A stretch of 64,000 nucleotides of DNA, taken from the NCBI GenBank assembly GCA_009103225.1, contig RHPI01002048.1, positions 409,357-473,356 of the forward strand, given 5' to 3'. A model generated the notes under the pieces. That model ran no database searches, had not been told where the DNA came from, and saw nothing but the letters and a program-made list of their open reading frames with translations. This document shows, piece by piece, positions 1 through 12,024 of the stretch (the first letter of the stretch is position 1; every line of letters begins with the position of its first letter). Source of the DNA: Chlorokybus atmophyticus. Taxonomy: Eukaryota > Plantae > Mesostigma and Chlorokybus algae. The position numbers were made by a program, and so were the translations under genes.

Positions 1-1544
1 GTTTGCCAGAATAAAGTCGCAGACGGGTATTCTATTGGCTAATTGAAGGGTTGCAAGTTCGTTTTGGCATTTGCTGCAATCGCAGCTTCCGGCTTCAACT
101 GATAGGGTTGCATGGTCAATCCGCTTTGATGATGCTTGCGCATGTAAACAACATCAAGCCTCTTGATGTAAAACAGGGGAAGGCTGTGTGTTGAAGTGTC
201 CAGTATTTTTTTACTTGACATTGACACTTCGAAGCAAAATTGTGATAATGCCCCCCCGCCCTCTCGGCTTAATCTGGTAGGGTTACATAAACAACCAATC
301 CACTTGATATCATGCTTGCGCAGGTAATTAGTTAATACAAAGCCCTTGGATGTATAAGAGGTGAGGGTAGTGAATAAAATTGCCTATTGGTTTTTCCAAA
401 AAATCACACAATCATTATGTAGCATACATGATATGATATTGCCCCCACCCTCCCCTAAACGCATGTATAGCATATAAGTCACATTTCATACATGCTCACA
501 CGCCGTGCACATACATGTATGCATAAAGTGAGGTGACTATGGTTATTGGTAGCAAAACTCATCAACGCAAGCTTTTTTTTCATAAGATCAAAAAGCGGCA
601 TCAATAGAACAAATACAATAAACCCCTTTGGGATGGCATGCGTAACTTTGATTGAGATGATAAAGGGCAATTCTTTTTCATATTCCATTTATAGATTTTC
701 TCATTACAAGCGTGTTATCATGCTTAATTAGTTGGCAGGGCTTTTATATATAGACATTACATTACAAAGTAAAAAACCGCATACAAGTAGAATACAACAA
801 CCCTAAATGCAATCGTCAGATTGACTTAAGTATATGTTGAAGTAAAATTGTAATACTTGCAAGCACAGCTTGCCTATCAGCTAAAGTATGCTTGATCTCT
901 ATTCAGCACCGATTGCAAGAGCTCTTATTGCAGAGCCATCATAAAGCCAATGTAACGTAATGCACTGAGCGGCTTAATGGTTGTGGACTAGATTGGGGGC
1001 TTTACAAGAGTCAGGTAGGGGGGTTGCTAGGCCTGGTCTAGCCCCTCTCCACCCAAGCGCTCCACCCAAGCGTGAACATGCGACGCACATGAGTCACGTC
1101 GCACGATGGCTTTATTGGAGATCACCGATTGGTCAAAAACACCAGGAGACATCGACAAACGGATATCCGTCCCCTTTCTTCCCAACCGTAACAGCGGTCC
1201 GCGGCGAATACCCAACCGCCCGATACGGTCGTATCTCGCGCAAGTAGGCTACAGGCTGTAGCCCTAGACATTTACCAGGTCTAGGCCATGCCGGCGGTTC
1301 GCACCCTGCTTGGCTGTACCTTGCCGCGAAGGGGCAGCACTGAGAGCCTGATTCGTTGGGTCTGGACCAGGACATGCGTAACAAGATTCTGCCGCGGGCG
1401 AAAGGCGTAATCGGAGCCGCCAGCTGGCACTCTCCTCCAACACAAGAGTCAAACGCGATATCTCAGCATTACTTTACACTTGGCCAAATTGGGCAAGAAA
1501 AATCAAGCGCATCCTGCTCCTGCTCCTGCTCCTGCTCCTTGACC

Positions 1545-2976
1545 ATGGCGGCGGCGGCGGCAGCAGCGGCAGGGGTCGTGTCATTGCCAGTCACCGGGCC
1601 GGCGTCTTTGTCGCCGTTGCCGTGCGGTAAGGGCAGGTTGGGCGGCAGCGCTCAGAGAGGCGGAGCAGCCCTCCTCCTCCCTGCCAGCATCCGTGCTGGG
1701 GAGAGGGTTGTCCTGAGGCACCGCCGCAGCCGCAGTACACAGGTGAGTTGTTACTGTGTTGCATTCAAGGAGCCGACAGGGTTGGAGGCCAACGTTTGTA
1801 ACCCAGCGCTTCAGACTGAGAGTTGGTTCACCTTCTCATTGTGCTCTGCAGGGCGCTGTGGCGACGCTGGCGACCGAGCTGGGCAGGTCAGAAGAGGGCG
1901 GCGACAGCAGCAGTAGAGCAGCGTCTTCAAGCCGACGTGGCAGCAGCACCGCCTCTTCCTCCTCCTCCTCCTCCTCCTCGTCGTCATCTACTGGTTGGGA
2001 CCTCACGTACTTGTACGACGGCAGCTGCTCCCTCTGCACAGGCCTGGTAAGCACAGCCGTGGTAGCGCTGCAGTCAGCCACACCAACTCCAACCAAATGG
2101 TTGCCACGTGTGCATTTGGCCCACATGTGTGTGTGTTCTCGCAGGTGTCTATGCTGCGTGGGCGACGGGGCAGTAACAGGATACGTTTCGTGGATGTGGC
2201 GTCCAGCACGTACGATGTGGAAGGCGCGGGCTGCGGCATCTCTCGCGGCGAGGCCATGACCACCATACACGCTGTTAGCTCCCATGGAGAGGTCTTCACC
2301 GGCGTGGAGGTGAGACAATGCCTGCTTGTTGATCTCCGCTATTGATCGATCTTAGACAAGCAGTTAGCACCCAGCAGCTGACAGTCCCAAATGCAGTGTC
2401 TCTTTTTGCTACTTGTGTGTGTGTGTGTGTCTTGTCGTGGGATGTGTCATCCAGCATGAAGCTCACCTCCGTCGCTGTCCTGGCAGGCCCTGGAAGCCCT
2501 GTACTCAACGGTCGGCTTGGGTTGGGTGTTTCGGCTGGCGCATGTCCCAATCTTCTCACACGCAGCCAAAGCTGCCTATACTTTTGTAGCTGCGCACCGC
2601 ATCCAGGCTGGGAGGGCCTTTGATGCCGTCCACGCTATCGCACGTGTTGCAAAGGTGGGTGTACATGTGTGCGTGCGCCTGAGAGTGCACATGGGCGCGT
2701 GTGATGTCATATGTATGCGCACGTCAGTGACTGCATGTGCATGTGCGTGCGCACGCATCCGAGAATATATACACGCACGAACGTATGCCATTGCATGCGA
2801 TACATTGCATTAGACACAGTACTGCGCCGCTTTAACACACATTGACTCTCATCTGATGAGCATGGCATGCCATTACACAGGAGCATGAAGATGATGGTCC
2901 TGTATGCACACTGGCACCCGATTCGCCATGCCGGCTGTCGTACATTGAAGACAAGGATGCGCCATATGCTAGCTAA
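1545..2976 (+). CDS. DUF393/DCC-family thiol-disulfide oxidoreductase, 5 exons, N-terminal transit-peptide-like region
   Basis: Exons joined at GT-AG sites give WDLTYLYDGSCSLC (DxxCxxC motif), RIRFVDV, AMTTIHAV, ALYSTVGLGW..YTFVAAHR. Last exon 2881-2976 (EHEDDGPVC...TAA) is inferred. Confidence 0.85.
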
Positions 2977-4067
2977 TGCCGAATACATCACCGCAGCATT
3001 GCAAGCTGACTGCAGGTCGCCATGCTGCTGCACTGTTTGTAAATAGGGTTGAATTGATTTTGAGCCAGCCCATGCATAGGAGTTAGTAAGCAACTGTACG
3101 GGCTTGTACAATAGTAGTATTACTTTGATTTGGGCAAATGTCCTGGCCCTTTGGGTTAGCATTGATATGGACAACACTGCACTGCGGTTGCAGATGTTGG
3201 TATGCACTCGGAGGCCATTAACTGACGTGTGCATGATGCTTGCATCATGGGCTCAACCCCCAACCCACCAACACCTGTGAAGTGGTTGTCGCTCATGCCA
3301 TGCACGATCATGTTATGGTAGGCGTGCACATGCAACAGATCATGCTTGCATCGTTTGTAAAACCAATGGTGCCCACATCGTTGGATGCCTTCGCCTGCCA
3401 TGTTTGACAATGTCGTGCAGGGGAAGGTAGAATGCTATCATTGTTGTCAGCGCCACAATGCTGTTATGGTAGGAGTGGACATGTAGGCCAGGTCTGTATC
3501 TCTTTTCCTCGTAGTGCGGCCCGTATTGCTTCTCTCTAATCCTTCTCCACGCCCTTGCTCAGCTGGTAGGTCTTCTGTAGTTGATATTACAATCAATGCC
3601 AGATGCGTGCATTCGCTCATCCGGTTGTAGAGTGGCAGCATATGCCAGACGCATGAAACACGGACAAAAAAACGCAGGACTGATCATGACTATGTGCTAC
3701 AGCGTCCCACATCCGTGTCTACTGTTGCGGTCGGAGGCATGGATGAAATTGCCTTGTGTTGTTTGATGATTGCGTTCCTTCGCACAAAGGTGTGTGTGCA
3801 TTACGCGGGTGTGCATGTGCGCATGGATAAGTAGACGCGTGACGCAGGCACTGCTATGACTCTCATGACTCCTAAGCCACGTGCACTTGCAACAGATACA
3901 TCATGAGTGACGGACTGATACAATCCCTACTCACACGTCCACATCCATGCACGCACACGCTCCTCGCAATCGTATATGTACATCGACTGTACAGTGGCAG
4001 CGTCCTGCAAATGTGCCAACCAAGGCAACTCAAGAAACACTCGTCTGTGTGTGCTGCCTTTTCTCCA

Positions 4068-5249
4068 TTACACCGCCGCAGGCTGCTTCTTGCTGAGCAG
4101 ATCCGTCACGTCCAGAGCATCCAGCTTTGCAGCCATGATGAAGTCGTTCTCGGTCAAACCACCTGTCGCGACGACGACACATGAAGATGGCAGCGAAAGA
4201 GAGAGACATTCACTCAGCGCGTGTGGGCTGAAAGGAGTAGCCTTGTGTCGCTTGACCACACCACAGCATAATGCACGTGCGTGCGTGTGTTCGTGTGTGC
4301 ATGTGTGTCTCTCACCTGCTGAGTGCGTGCAAAGCTCGATGCGCACTTGGTTGTACGACTGCAGATGCAAGTCTGGGTGGTGTCCTGAGACACCAAAACA
4401 CTGTACATCAGCCACGTACCATTGCCAAAATCATACTCCATACATAACCTCCCCCAATGCCTACCTTCCGCCTCAGCGACCTCTCCGACACGCTCGAATA
4501 GCTGCAACCCCTTGGCGAAGTTCTTCGTGCGGACGTGTCGTAACAGGTGGGCCCGGCCCTCCGCATCGCGAGTGACCCGCCAGTTGGGCACCTGACACAC
4601 ACAGGCGTGCGTGTGCGGGTACTCACAAGTCAACATGCTCGAGCCACACGGCGGTACAGCAAATTTGCACGACACACCCAGCCAGAGCAGAGACATGCTT
4701 GGAAGACATGCGAGGATATCCCAATTGCCAGCGTACCTGCTCCTTGAGTCTGTCTATCTCTTCCTGGCTGAGGGGAGGGATGCCCCCCTCACACGGCACG
4801 CAGTTCTTGTTGGCGAGGGAACACGCGCCCGCAGCGCTATCTAAGACAGACAACAGCCCCGTGGGCTTGAGTTGAATGCGTGTGGGTGTGTATACACGCA
4901 CACGAATGTGATGTGCGCACCTGAACTGGCCGCAGCCGCCATGCGCAGGGACCCGTTGTAGTGAGTGTCAAGGCGCGTGGCCAACCTCAGAGTCCTACCC
5001 GCGAACTACCATGCGCAAAGTTTATGCGTCAGACATAGCGCACACGCACACGCACACATGTAGACACTACTCTGCTTGCATAACACACAGCCACGTGTGC
5101 GTGGCCGTTGGTGGCATTCATCTGCATGCCGTTGCGTGACAACCGTCACCAGCCCCAAGTCCCCATCCCACTCACTGTAGTGATAGCTCGGCGGGGTGTG
5201 CAGAGCTGTCGCCGTAGCAGCAGCGCCGGCCTGCAGGACGAGACGACCA

Positions 5250-5280
<31 letters not shown>

Positions 5281-5289
5281 GGTGGCCAT
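4068..5289 (-). CDS. Pterin-4-alpha-carbinolamine dehydratase, organelle-targeted, 6 exons
   Basis: Spliced product has CVPCEGG, KNFAKGLQLFERVGEVAEAEGHHPDLHL, THSAGGLTENDFIMAAKLD (PCD family motifs). Ala/Arg-rich first exon starts at ATG 5289. Confidence 0.92.
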
Positions 5290-6210
5290 GTCAGCACCGC
5301 CGATGCCACTCTCACCCACAGCCAAGTCAGCAACGGAGTCAAGGAAGAAACATAGAGATATGCTGTATGGCGCTGCTGGGAACTTGTCGATATCGGTGCG
5401 TATCCTCATTGAATATGTTGGATATCCGCTTCTGGTTGGGAGTGGCGACTGCGGCGGCGGCGGCGGCGGCGGCGGCGGTGGTCGCGGTAGCGGTGTGGGT
5501 GAAGGCGTTTGTTGGTGCACATTGCGATGGTGGGCTAAACAAGTAGCTAAGTCAGTCAATTCATTCGATTCTCCGTTCTCTGAGCTTGTCGAGGTGAGTG
5601 ATGGTAGATCTGCCAAGTTGGCGTGCTTGTGCATGCTCCCCCAAGCAGGACGAAAACAATCACAATCACCATCATCGTCACCGTTAGTAATCGCCATCAC
5701 TAGTGTCATTACCGTGCTGATCTGCTGCTTGCATGATCTTGAGCGCTCAACAACGAGCAGCGCACAACTGTACTCTTGCATGTGTTGTCCGCATGCATTG
5801 CTGAGGTGTTGCACATGCAAGCAGCTGTGGTTGTCCAAGTTCAAAGTTGCAGCCACCTGCGTGCATGGCACGGCCGTGTTAGTGTTCCGCATTTCTGTAG
5901 CATCAAGTCATCTCTGTACCAAAAGGTTTTTTTGCCTTCGTCGTAATCCCCGCAGCGCCATCATCTACGTGTTGCGGGGTCAAGTAGTGTTGGCAATGCT
6001 GGTGCGCTAGATATGTTGCCTCGTTGTGTTCGTGCGTATGTGTGATGTCATGCTGTCCTGTCCTCCTGTTGAGACAGCTTCCAAGGGAGCAATGTGTTGC
6101 GCGCGTACCTACGTGTGTGCATGCATGGCACATGCAAGCACAGCGTAATCAAGAAAGAGTGTATCATTAGTCACTTCTGCTCTCACGTTGACCACGTACA
6201 TGTGTGTCAG

Positions 6211-8421
6211 ATGGATGCGATGAATGCGGGTGGAGGTGGGGAGAACGGGTCGGACAGGCAGGTGCGCGTGCGGTTCACGACGAAGCTGCCGCCGCAGCTG
6301 CGCGTCACCTCGGCGCCGTTCGCCGTCCCCGCCAAACTCGCTCGCTACGGCCTCAGCGAAGTCATCAATACCCTACTAGGCTTGGGTACGCACACGCACA
6401 CGCACACGCACGCACGCACGCACGCACGCACGCACAAGCATACGCACCTGCATTGCAGAGAAGCCGCAGCCCTTTGATTTCTTGGTGGACGGGGAGCTCG
6501 TCCGCACCTCTCTGGAGAAGCTTCTCATCAACAAGCAGCTCTCGGCGGTGCGTACCTGCCACAGTCACGTGGACACACACACGCATCACAACTCACCCAT
6601 CAATCCAACGCAGGAGAGCATCTTGACGTTGGAGTACGTGCCTGCCGTGGCCCCCCCGCACAAGGATGCCGCGGCCAAGCATGATGACTGGGTGAGCGCT
6701 GTTCACGGACGACACAACAAGTGAGTGCTGTCATGCAGCATGTGTGTATGTGACCCAGTCATGTGGTTTAAGGTTCGCCGTCGACTCACGATGTGTATGT
6801 GTGTTACCCACCTTTGTTGTGGCAGGCTCATAATCACAGGCTCGTACAATGCAAACGCAAGGTAATGTAGCCTGACATAAATACAGCATAAACATCCATG
6901 CTGCGAGAACAACAAACATTCTGCATTTGTTGTTGTGTTGCAAGACTGTGGGACAGGCAAGGCACGTGCGTGTGCGTGCTGCAAGGCCACACGGACGCGG
7001 TCAACGACGTGGTTGCGGTGCCCACAACATCCGCAAACACCCTCAGAGGCAAGTCGCGCTGTAGTTGTAGCAAGGTTTGAATATCATGCAAGTTGATACC
7101 AAAAGCAGTCTTGATTGATACTACTCCTCGCAGTTGTTGCTGCATCAAAGGACCAAACCCTGCGAATGTGGGAGGCGAGTGATACATACCAACTGCTGCT
7201 TCACTTGATGATCAAACTGGTGCCAAGATGGTTGGTAAGAGTGTGGGCTCGTTGTAGGTGCCGGATGATGTTGCCACCAACGCGAGCAAGACGGCAACAA
7301 AACACACTCCTGTGCGAGTTTTCAAGGGCCACAATGCTGCCGTGGAGGCCGTGGCTTCCAGTCCAGACGGCCGGCTGGTAAATGTGCCTTGTTCGTCTTG
7401 TAGTTGTGTGTTGGTGGGTCACAGGACAACGCGTGACATCGCGTGGCTTTTCCATCTTGCAGCTGTGTTCTGGCGGGTGGGACATGGAGCTGAAGTTCTG
7501 GCAGGCCAACGGTGCCGGAAGCGCCGAGGAAGGGAAGGCAGTGAAGCGGCAGAAAGTGGGATCCAATACCAATGGCGTGGCCCTCGAAGAGGTGTGCTTC
7601 TGTAATGCTCACTGTGTGTGTGCGCGTGCGCGTGCGCGTGCGTGTCCGCGCAGGTGCATGCACGTGAGAGCGTGTGCACGTGTGAGTGAGCGTGTGTGAG
7701 AGAGTGTGTGAACATTGGAGTGTGGTTTTGCGCATGTTTGTGGTTATGTGGATGTAAACGTGCGTTCTCGCGTGCGTGCCTGCGCGCGCAGGGAAATCGC
7801 GTGTGTGTTCTCTATCTCATCATGTGGTATGATGCTTCTTCATGCTGATTGTCTCATCTCCTCTACTAGGTGTCCGTGGATCGCTCGCTCGCTGGCCACA
7901 CCCAATGCGTCTCTGCTCTCTCCTGGCCCTCCGCCTCCCGCGACACGTTGTACTCCTCCTCATGGGACCACTCCCTCCGCGCCTGGGACGTCGAGACCGG
8001 CAGCAACACGCAGACACTCACCTCCTCCAAGGCCGTGTACACGCTGTCCGTCGATCAACACGCACGTCTCGTCGCGACGGGGGGAGCCGACACAACTGTA
8101 CGCGTGTGGGACACACGCGCAAGAAACTCCACAACACCAGGGATTAGATTGTCATCAAATGGCAGTGAGTGGGTTTCGGCTGTGAGGTTCTCGCCATCGA
8201 ATGCGCATCAGCTCATTGCGGCTTCGTATGACGGGTCGATAAGGTTGTGGGATGTGAGAGGTAAGGTGCCGTTGCACACCGTGTCTCAAGCGCACGAGGG
8301 CAAGGCGCTTGCGGTGGATTGGTTGGGTGACGGAGAGACCGCGTTTGCGTCTGGGGGAGAAGATGGAAGGATGGTGGTGTATACGATGAGTGGGGTGCAA
8401 CAGGACAGAACAGATGCGTGA
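6211..8421 (+). CDS. WDR12: Ribosome biogenesis WD40 protein WDR12/YTM1, 9 exons
   Basis: NLE-like N-terminus QVRVRFTTK...PFDFLVDGEL..TLEY, then HDDWVSAV and several GH...WD repeats; stop TGA at 8419-8421. Two introns need GC donors. Confidence 0.92.
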
Positions 8422-9107
8422 TACAAGAGCGTGTGTTTGTTGGATTGAATGTTCCTCATATGGTGCTTGAGTTGGAGTTGCCTGAGTTATTGGAAGTTGC
8501 AAATGTATTACAAGCGAAGTACACCACATTGCACTGCGTCTCAGCAGCAAGCTGCGCAAGGCGTTGCTGTTTGATTATATCTGTAGCTGTAGCTTCAAGC
8601 CACTTTTGGTGGGATTGCTCACTTGGCAATTGCTCTGCAACCGAACACGACAGCTGATGCATTTCAAGAGGCAGCCGTTGACCCTGCCAGCATCAACTGC
8701 ACTGTTGCAGTCCACTGTCAATTCAAATTGCCATTGTGACTGCCGCCCAATGCTCAACACCTGATTACCACAACGTCATCTTTCTCCACACAATGGTGGC
8801 GAAGACATAGATATAGCCTGAGTAACACAACCACACACAGGCGCACACAAATACACAAAGCCACAAATGCATGACAGGCCTCATAAACAAGCAGGCCCCC
8901 CAGGATTTCTCAACGCACACCAGGTTACCCTAAGACTCTCCTCCCTAATTGCAGTGTAGAGCGTCACACAAGCAAAAGAGAGAGACGCTCTACACTAGCA
9001 GCTGACTAGCAAAACAAGGCAATTCCTACCAACAAAAGTGACTTTGAGCGACAACAACAGCAACAACGTGTAAGTGTTTACCCCAACAATCAGCCCCCCC
9101 CCCCCCC

Positions 9108-9236
9108 NNNNNNNNNNNNNNNNNNNNNNNNNNNNNNNNNNNNNNNNNNNNNNNNNNNNNNNNNNNNNNNNNNNNNNNNNNNNNNNNNNNNNNNNNNNNN
9201 NNNNNNNNNNNNNNNNNNNNNNNNNNNNNNNNNNNN
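9108..9236. other. Assembly gap (N run) next to a poly-C tract; a second single N at 51810 follows poly-G
   Basis: Ns directly visible after homopolymer runs. Confidence 0.99.
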
Positions 9237-9271
9237 GGTTATGAAGCCCCCCCGCCCAACGTGCGAGACCA

Positions 9272-11950
9272 TCACGTCCCCAACACGTTCGTGGGCACGA
9301 GCTCAAACCTCCCGCCGAGGTCGGCGTGCTGGACTCGACTCCTGTACAGCCTTCGGACCTGATCGATCCGGTAAAAGTCTGCAACGCACTCCAAAGCCTG
9401 CAAAAGGATGAAGTACGTGCTGGGTATAGCATGACTTGTAAACGGTGCAACACAACATGTCATTGAGGATGCACTTGCCTGATAGTTGGACTCGCAGGCC
9501 ACGACCACGCCGTCCAGCTTTCCCCCGCGCGAGTCCACGGTGTCCATCTCAACGCAATTGCTGAAGAACTCCAACAATCCACCAAAGAACGAATCTGCGC
9601 ACGCACACATTAAGACTCGCATATACACATACACACAACACCACAACAACTCTCATACACGTGTATGCGTACCGTAGTTCATGAGGATGACTGGCACTTG
9701 TAGGTGTGGCGACTGCTGTTCGAGGCGCTGCGCGAGAACGATGACTTCGAACAACTCGTACATGGTGCCGAGGCCGCCAGGAAGCACGATGAACGCCGTG
9801 TGGTCAGTCTCTTTCAACCTAATGCCCGCATTCACGAGCATGCCCTGCGCATGGGTCAAAAACACACAAGTCCACATTGGCACGCATAATGCAGCAACAT
9901 CAAGGGCGAGCGGGTGGGCGATGTGGTGTGTGTGTGTGTGTGCGCGCGCGCGTGCATGTGTGCGTTTGTGAGATGTGTGCACGCACCTTTTGCTTAGCAG
10001 GAGAGCCGGCTACAAAGTAGTGGTTCATTGCGAGGTACGGATGGTCTCGGACCTCGCCGCTATCGCTGCCAGGCTGCCTTATGTACACGCCCGCTGTGAC
10101 CACCCCCGCCTCTTCAGCCCCCTAGTTGAGTGTGTTCATACATGTGCATATTCACGCACACGCGCATGCGCGCGGGTATGCCTGCATGCATTTAAGTGCG
10201 CATATGTGAATAGAGTGACTTCCTAATTGCGCTAGTACTGCATCTGCACATTCATGCGTAGCATGCAGGGTGATATGGTAAGCCAATAGCAAAAACGAAA
10301 GAACAGGTAAAACACCGGCTTGTTGGCTGACCTGGCTGACTGCTTGCATCATCCCTGGCCCGCCTCCCGTCCACACGGGCGACTCCAACAAGTACGCCAA
10401 CTGTCCAACAGAACACCGACTTGCATACCGGTAACTCCAAGTGCACAGAGCACTCGCGCACAAACGTACACACGCGCATGCACACACCCGCACGCGCGCA
10501 TACATACCTCTCGTCCGCAAGTACACGCGCGCAACAGCCCACAAGCCCACATGCACATACACATACACATACATATACATACCTCTCGTCCTAGCTCTGT
10601 GGCGTTCTGCAGTATGCGTTCTGTGCTCTTTAGCCCCGGCCTCAGCCGCGACGAACCGAAGAACACGATGCCGGGGCCGATCCGATCCAGCAGCTCCGCG
10701 AATTGTGGGTCCGCCGACGGGGACGACAGCGGCATTGTGGGGAGGCACACGCGCAAACCTGACCACACAAAAGGCACAAACACGTCATGTGCTTATCAAA
10801 CATTGTGGTTCGTGCACACTCAGCACTGCGTACCAACACCTCCTGAAAAGCTATAATAGCGCGAGACTCAACTGGAAAAAGGATTGCATTTGAGTTGAGT
10901 TGCTACCAAGAAGTGCCAATGAAAGCGAGATTTAGAACTTGAACCTATGACTTCCACAAATGACAACACACGACACCTCATCTACTTATTCAATAACTCT
11001 TGGAACAAATAATCCATGCACAACTCACCCACTACAACAAGTGTTCCTACAGTAACATTCAGTCATCTCTCATGCATGCATCTAGTCATTCACTCATGAA
11101 TCCACCCCAGTCGTTAAATCCCTAACTCATCCGCTCACTCTCTCAAAGTGACACAGTCATTCAAACAAATGTCTTTCAGCTGGAGACACTATGCATGATA
11201 ATCAACCATACACAGAACAGAAAAAACAGAAAAAACAAGACTAACACGCCGAACAAACACACAATGCTCTGCAGGCGCATGCAACAAAGAGCCGCACGAC
11301 ACAGAAAGATAATTGCTTTTGTTCATATTATTGTTTTTGTTCATTGCTTCATTCAACAGCAACGGTTATGACAGCTTGCCTTCTTAAAACAGAGGTTAAG
11401 CTCATGTGCGCACTGAAAGCCCCAACTTCACACACTCGAGTATTAGATGTAGGGAGTAAGTAAGTACGCTACCATGCCAAGTATATTGAGCAACCGGAAG
11501 AGAGAGTTCGAGCATGCTCAATTCGGGAAAACAGACAAGACAGCATGATAACGGAATGACTCTGCTCGTGTGTATGTGATTGCTGTGCATGCGCTTGCTC
11601 CGGCATGTTGAAACCTGGCTTGCAGCTGCTGTGTACATTCAATCATCCAATTCATCACAGCCTTGACTTGCCACTTGTTCATGCTTCTTCTTTTCTGCCA
11701 TTTACTTACTGTCGAATGACTCAAGCTCACGCCGCCTCCACTGACCAAAGCAACTCGCTGAAACAGCAATACGCTCGCTCGCTGGCTCACTTGCCGCTCC
11801 GCTCAACAACGCTACCGCCTCACTCCTCCACTACACCGTCGCCGCCGCCTTCTTTACCTGTACGGCCGTGGCCGACGAGCAACTGTACGGCGGCACGTAT
11901 GGCATTGTACGACACATAGGCGGCCTAGCAGCGGCGGCGGCGGTGGGGGT
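9272..11950 (-). CDS. LOG/lysine-decarboxylase-like (SLOG) protein, plant plastid-type; 5' exons uncertain
   Basis: Exons give RIGPGIVFFGSSR, WTGGGPGMMQAV, HPYL, FIVLPGGLGTMYELFEV, PVILMNYDSFF, ALECVADFY. The core 9272-10745 is well supported; the N-terminal exons between 10.8 and 12.05 kb could not be phased. Confidence 0.82.
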
Positions 11951-11961
11951 GGACGACCACG

Positions 11962-11993
<32 letters not shown>

Positions 11994-12024
11994 TGGGCAA
12001 GCGTGAGGTGGTTGGTCCCCAGCC

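Noticed and set aside
951-1260. Possible LTR (TGTAAC at 951; GTTACATTGG on the - strand)
   Set aside because: No second LTR copy, no TSD and no iMet-like PBS in the window.
5108-6010. 300-aa ORF, and similar long track ORFs such as 33559-34398 and the poly-CV part of 17651-18493
   Set aside because: Low-complexity, antisense or intronic microsatellite read-throughs with no family motifs; explained by neighbouring spliced genes.
9094-9236. Poly-C plus N run as a biological feature
   Set aside because: Typical short-read dropout at a homopolymer; the length is unknown.
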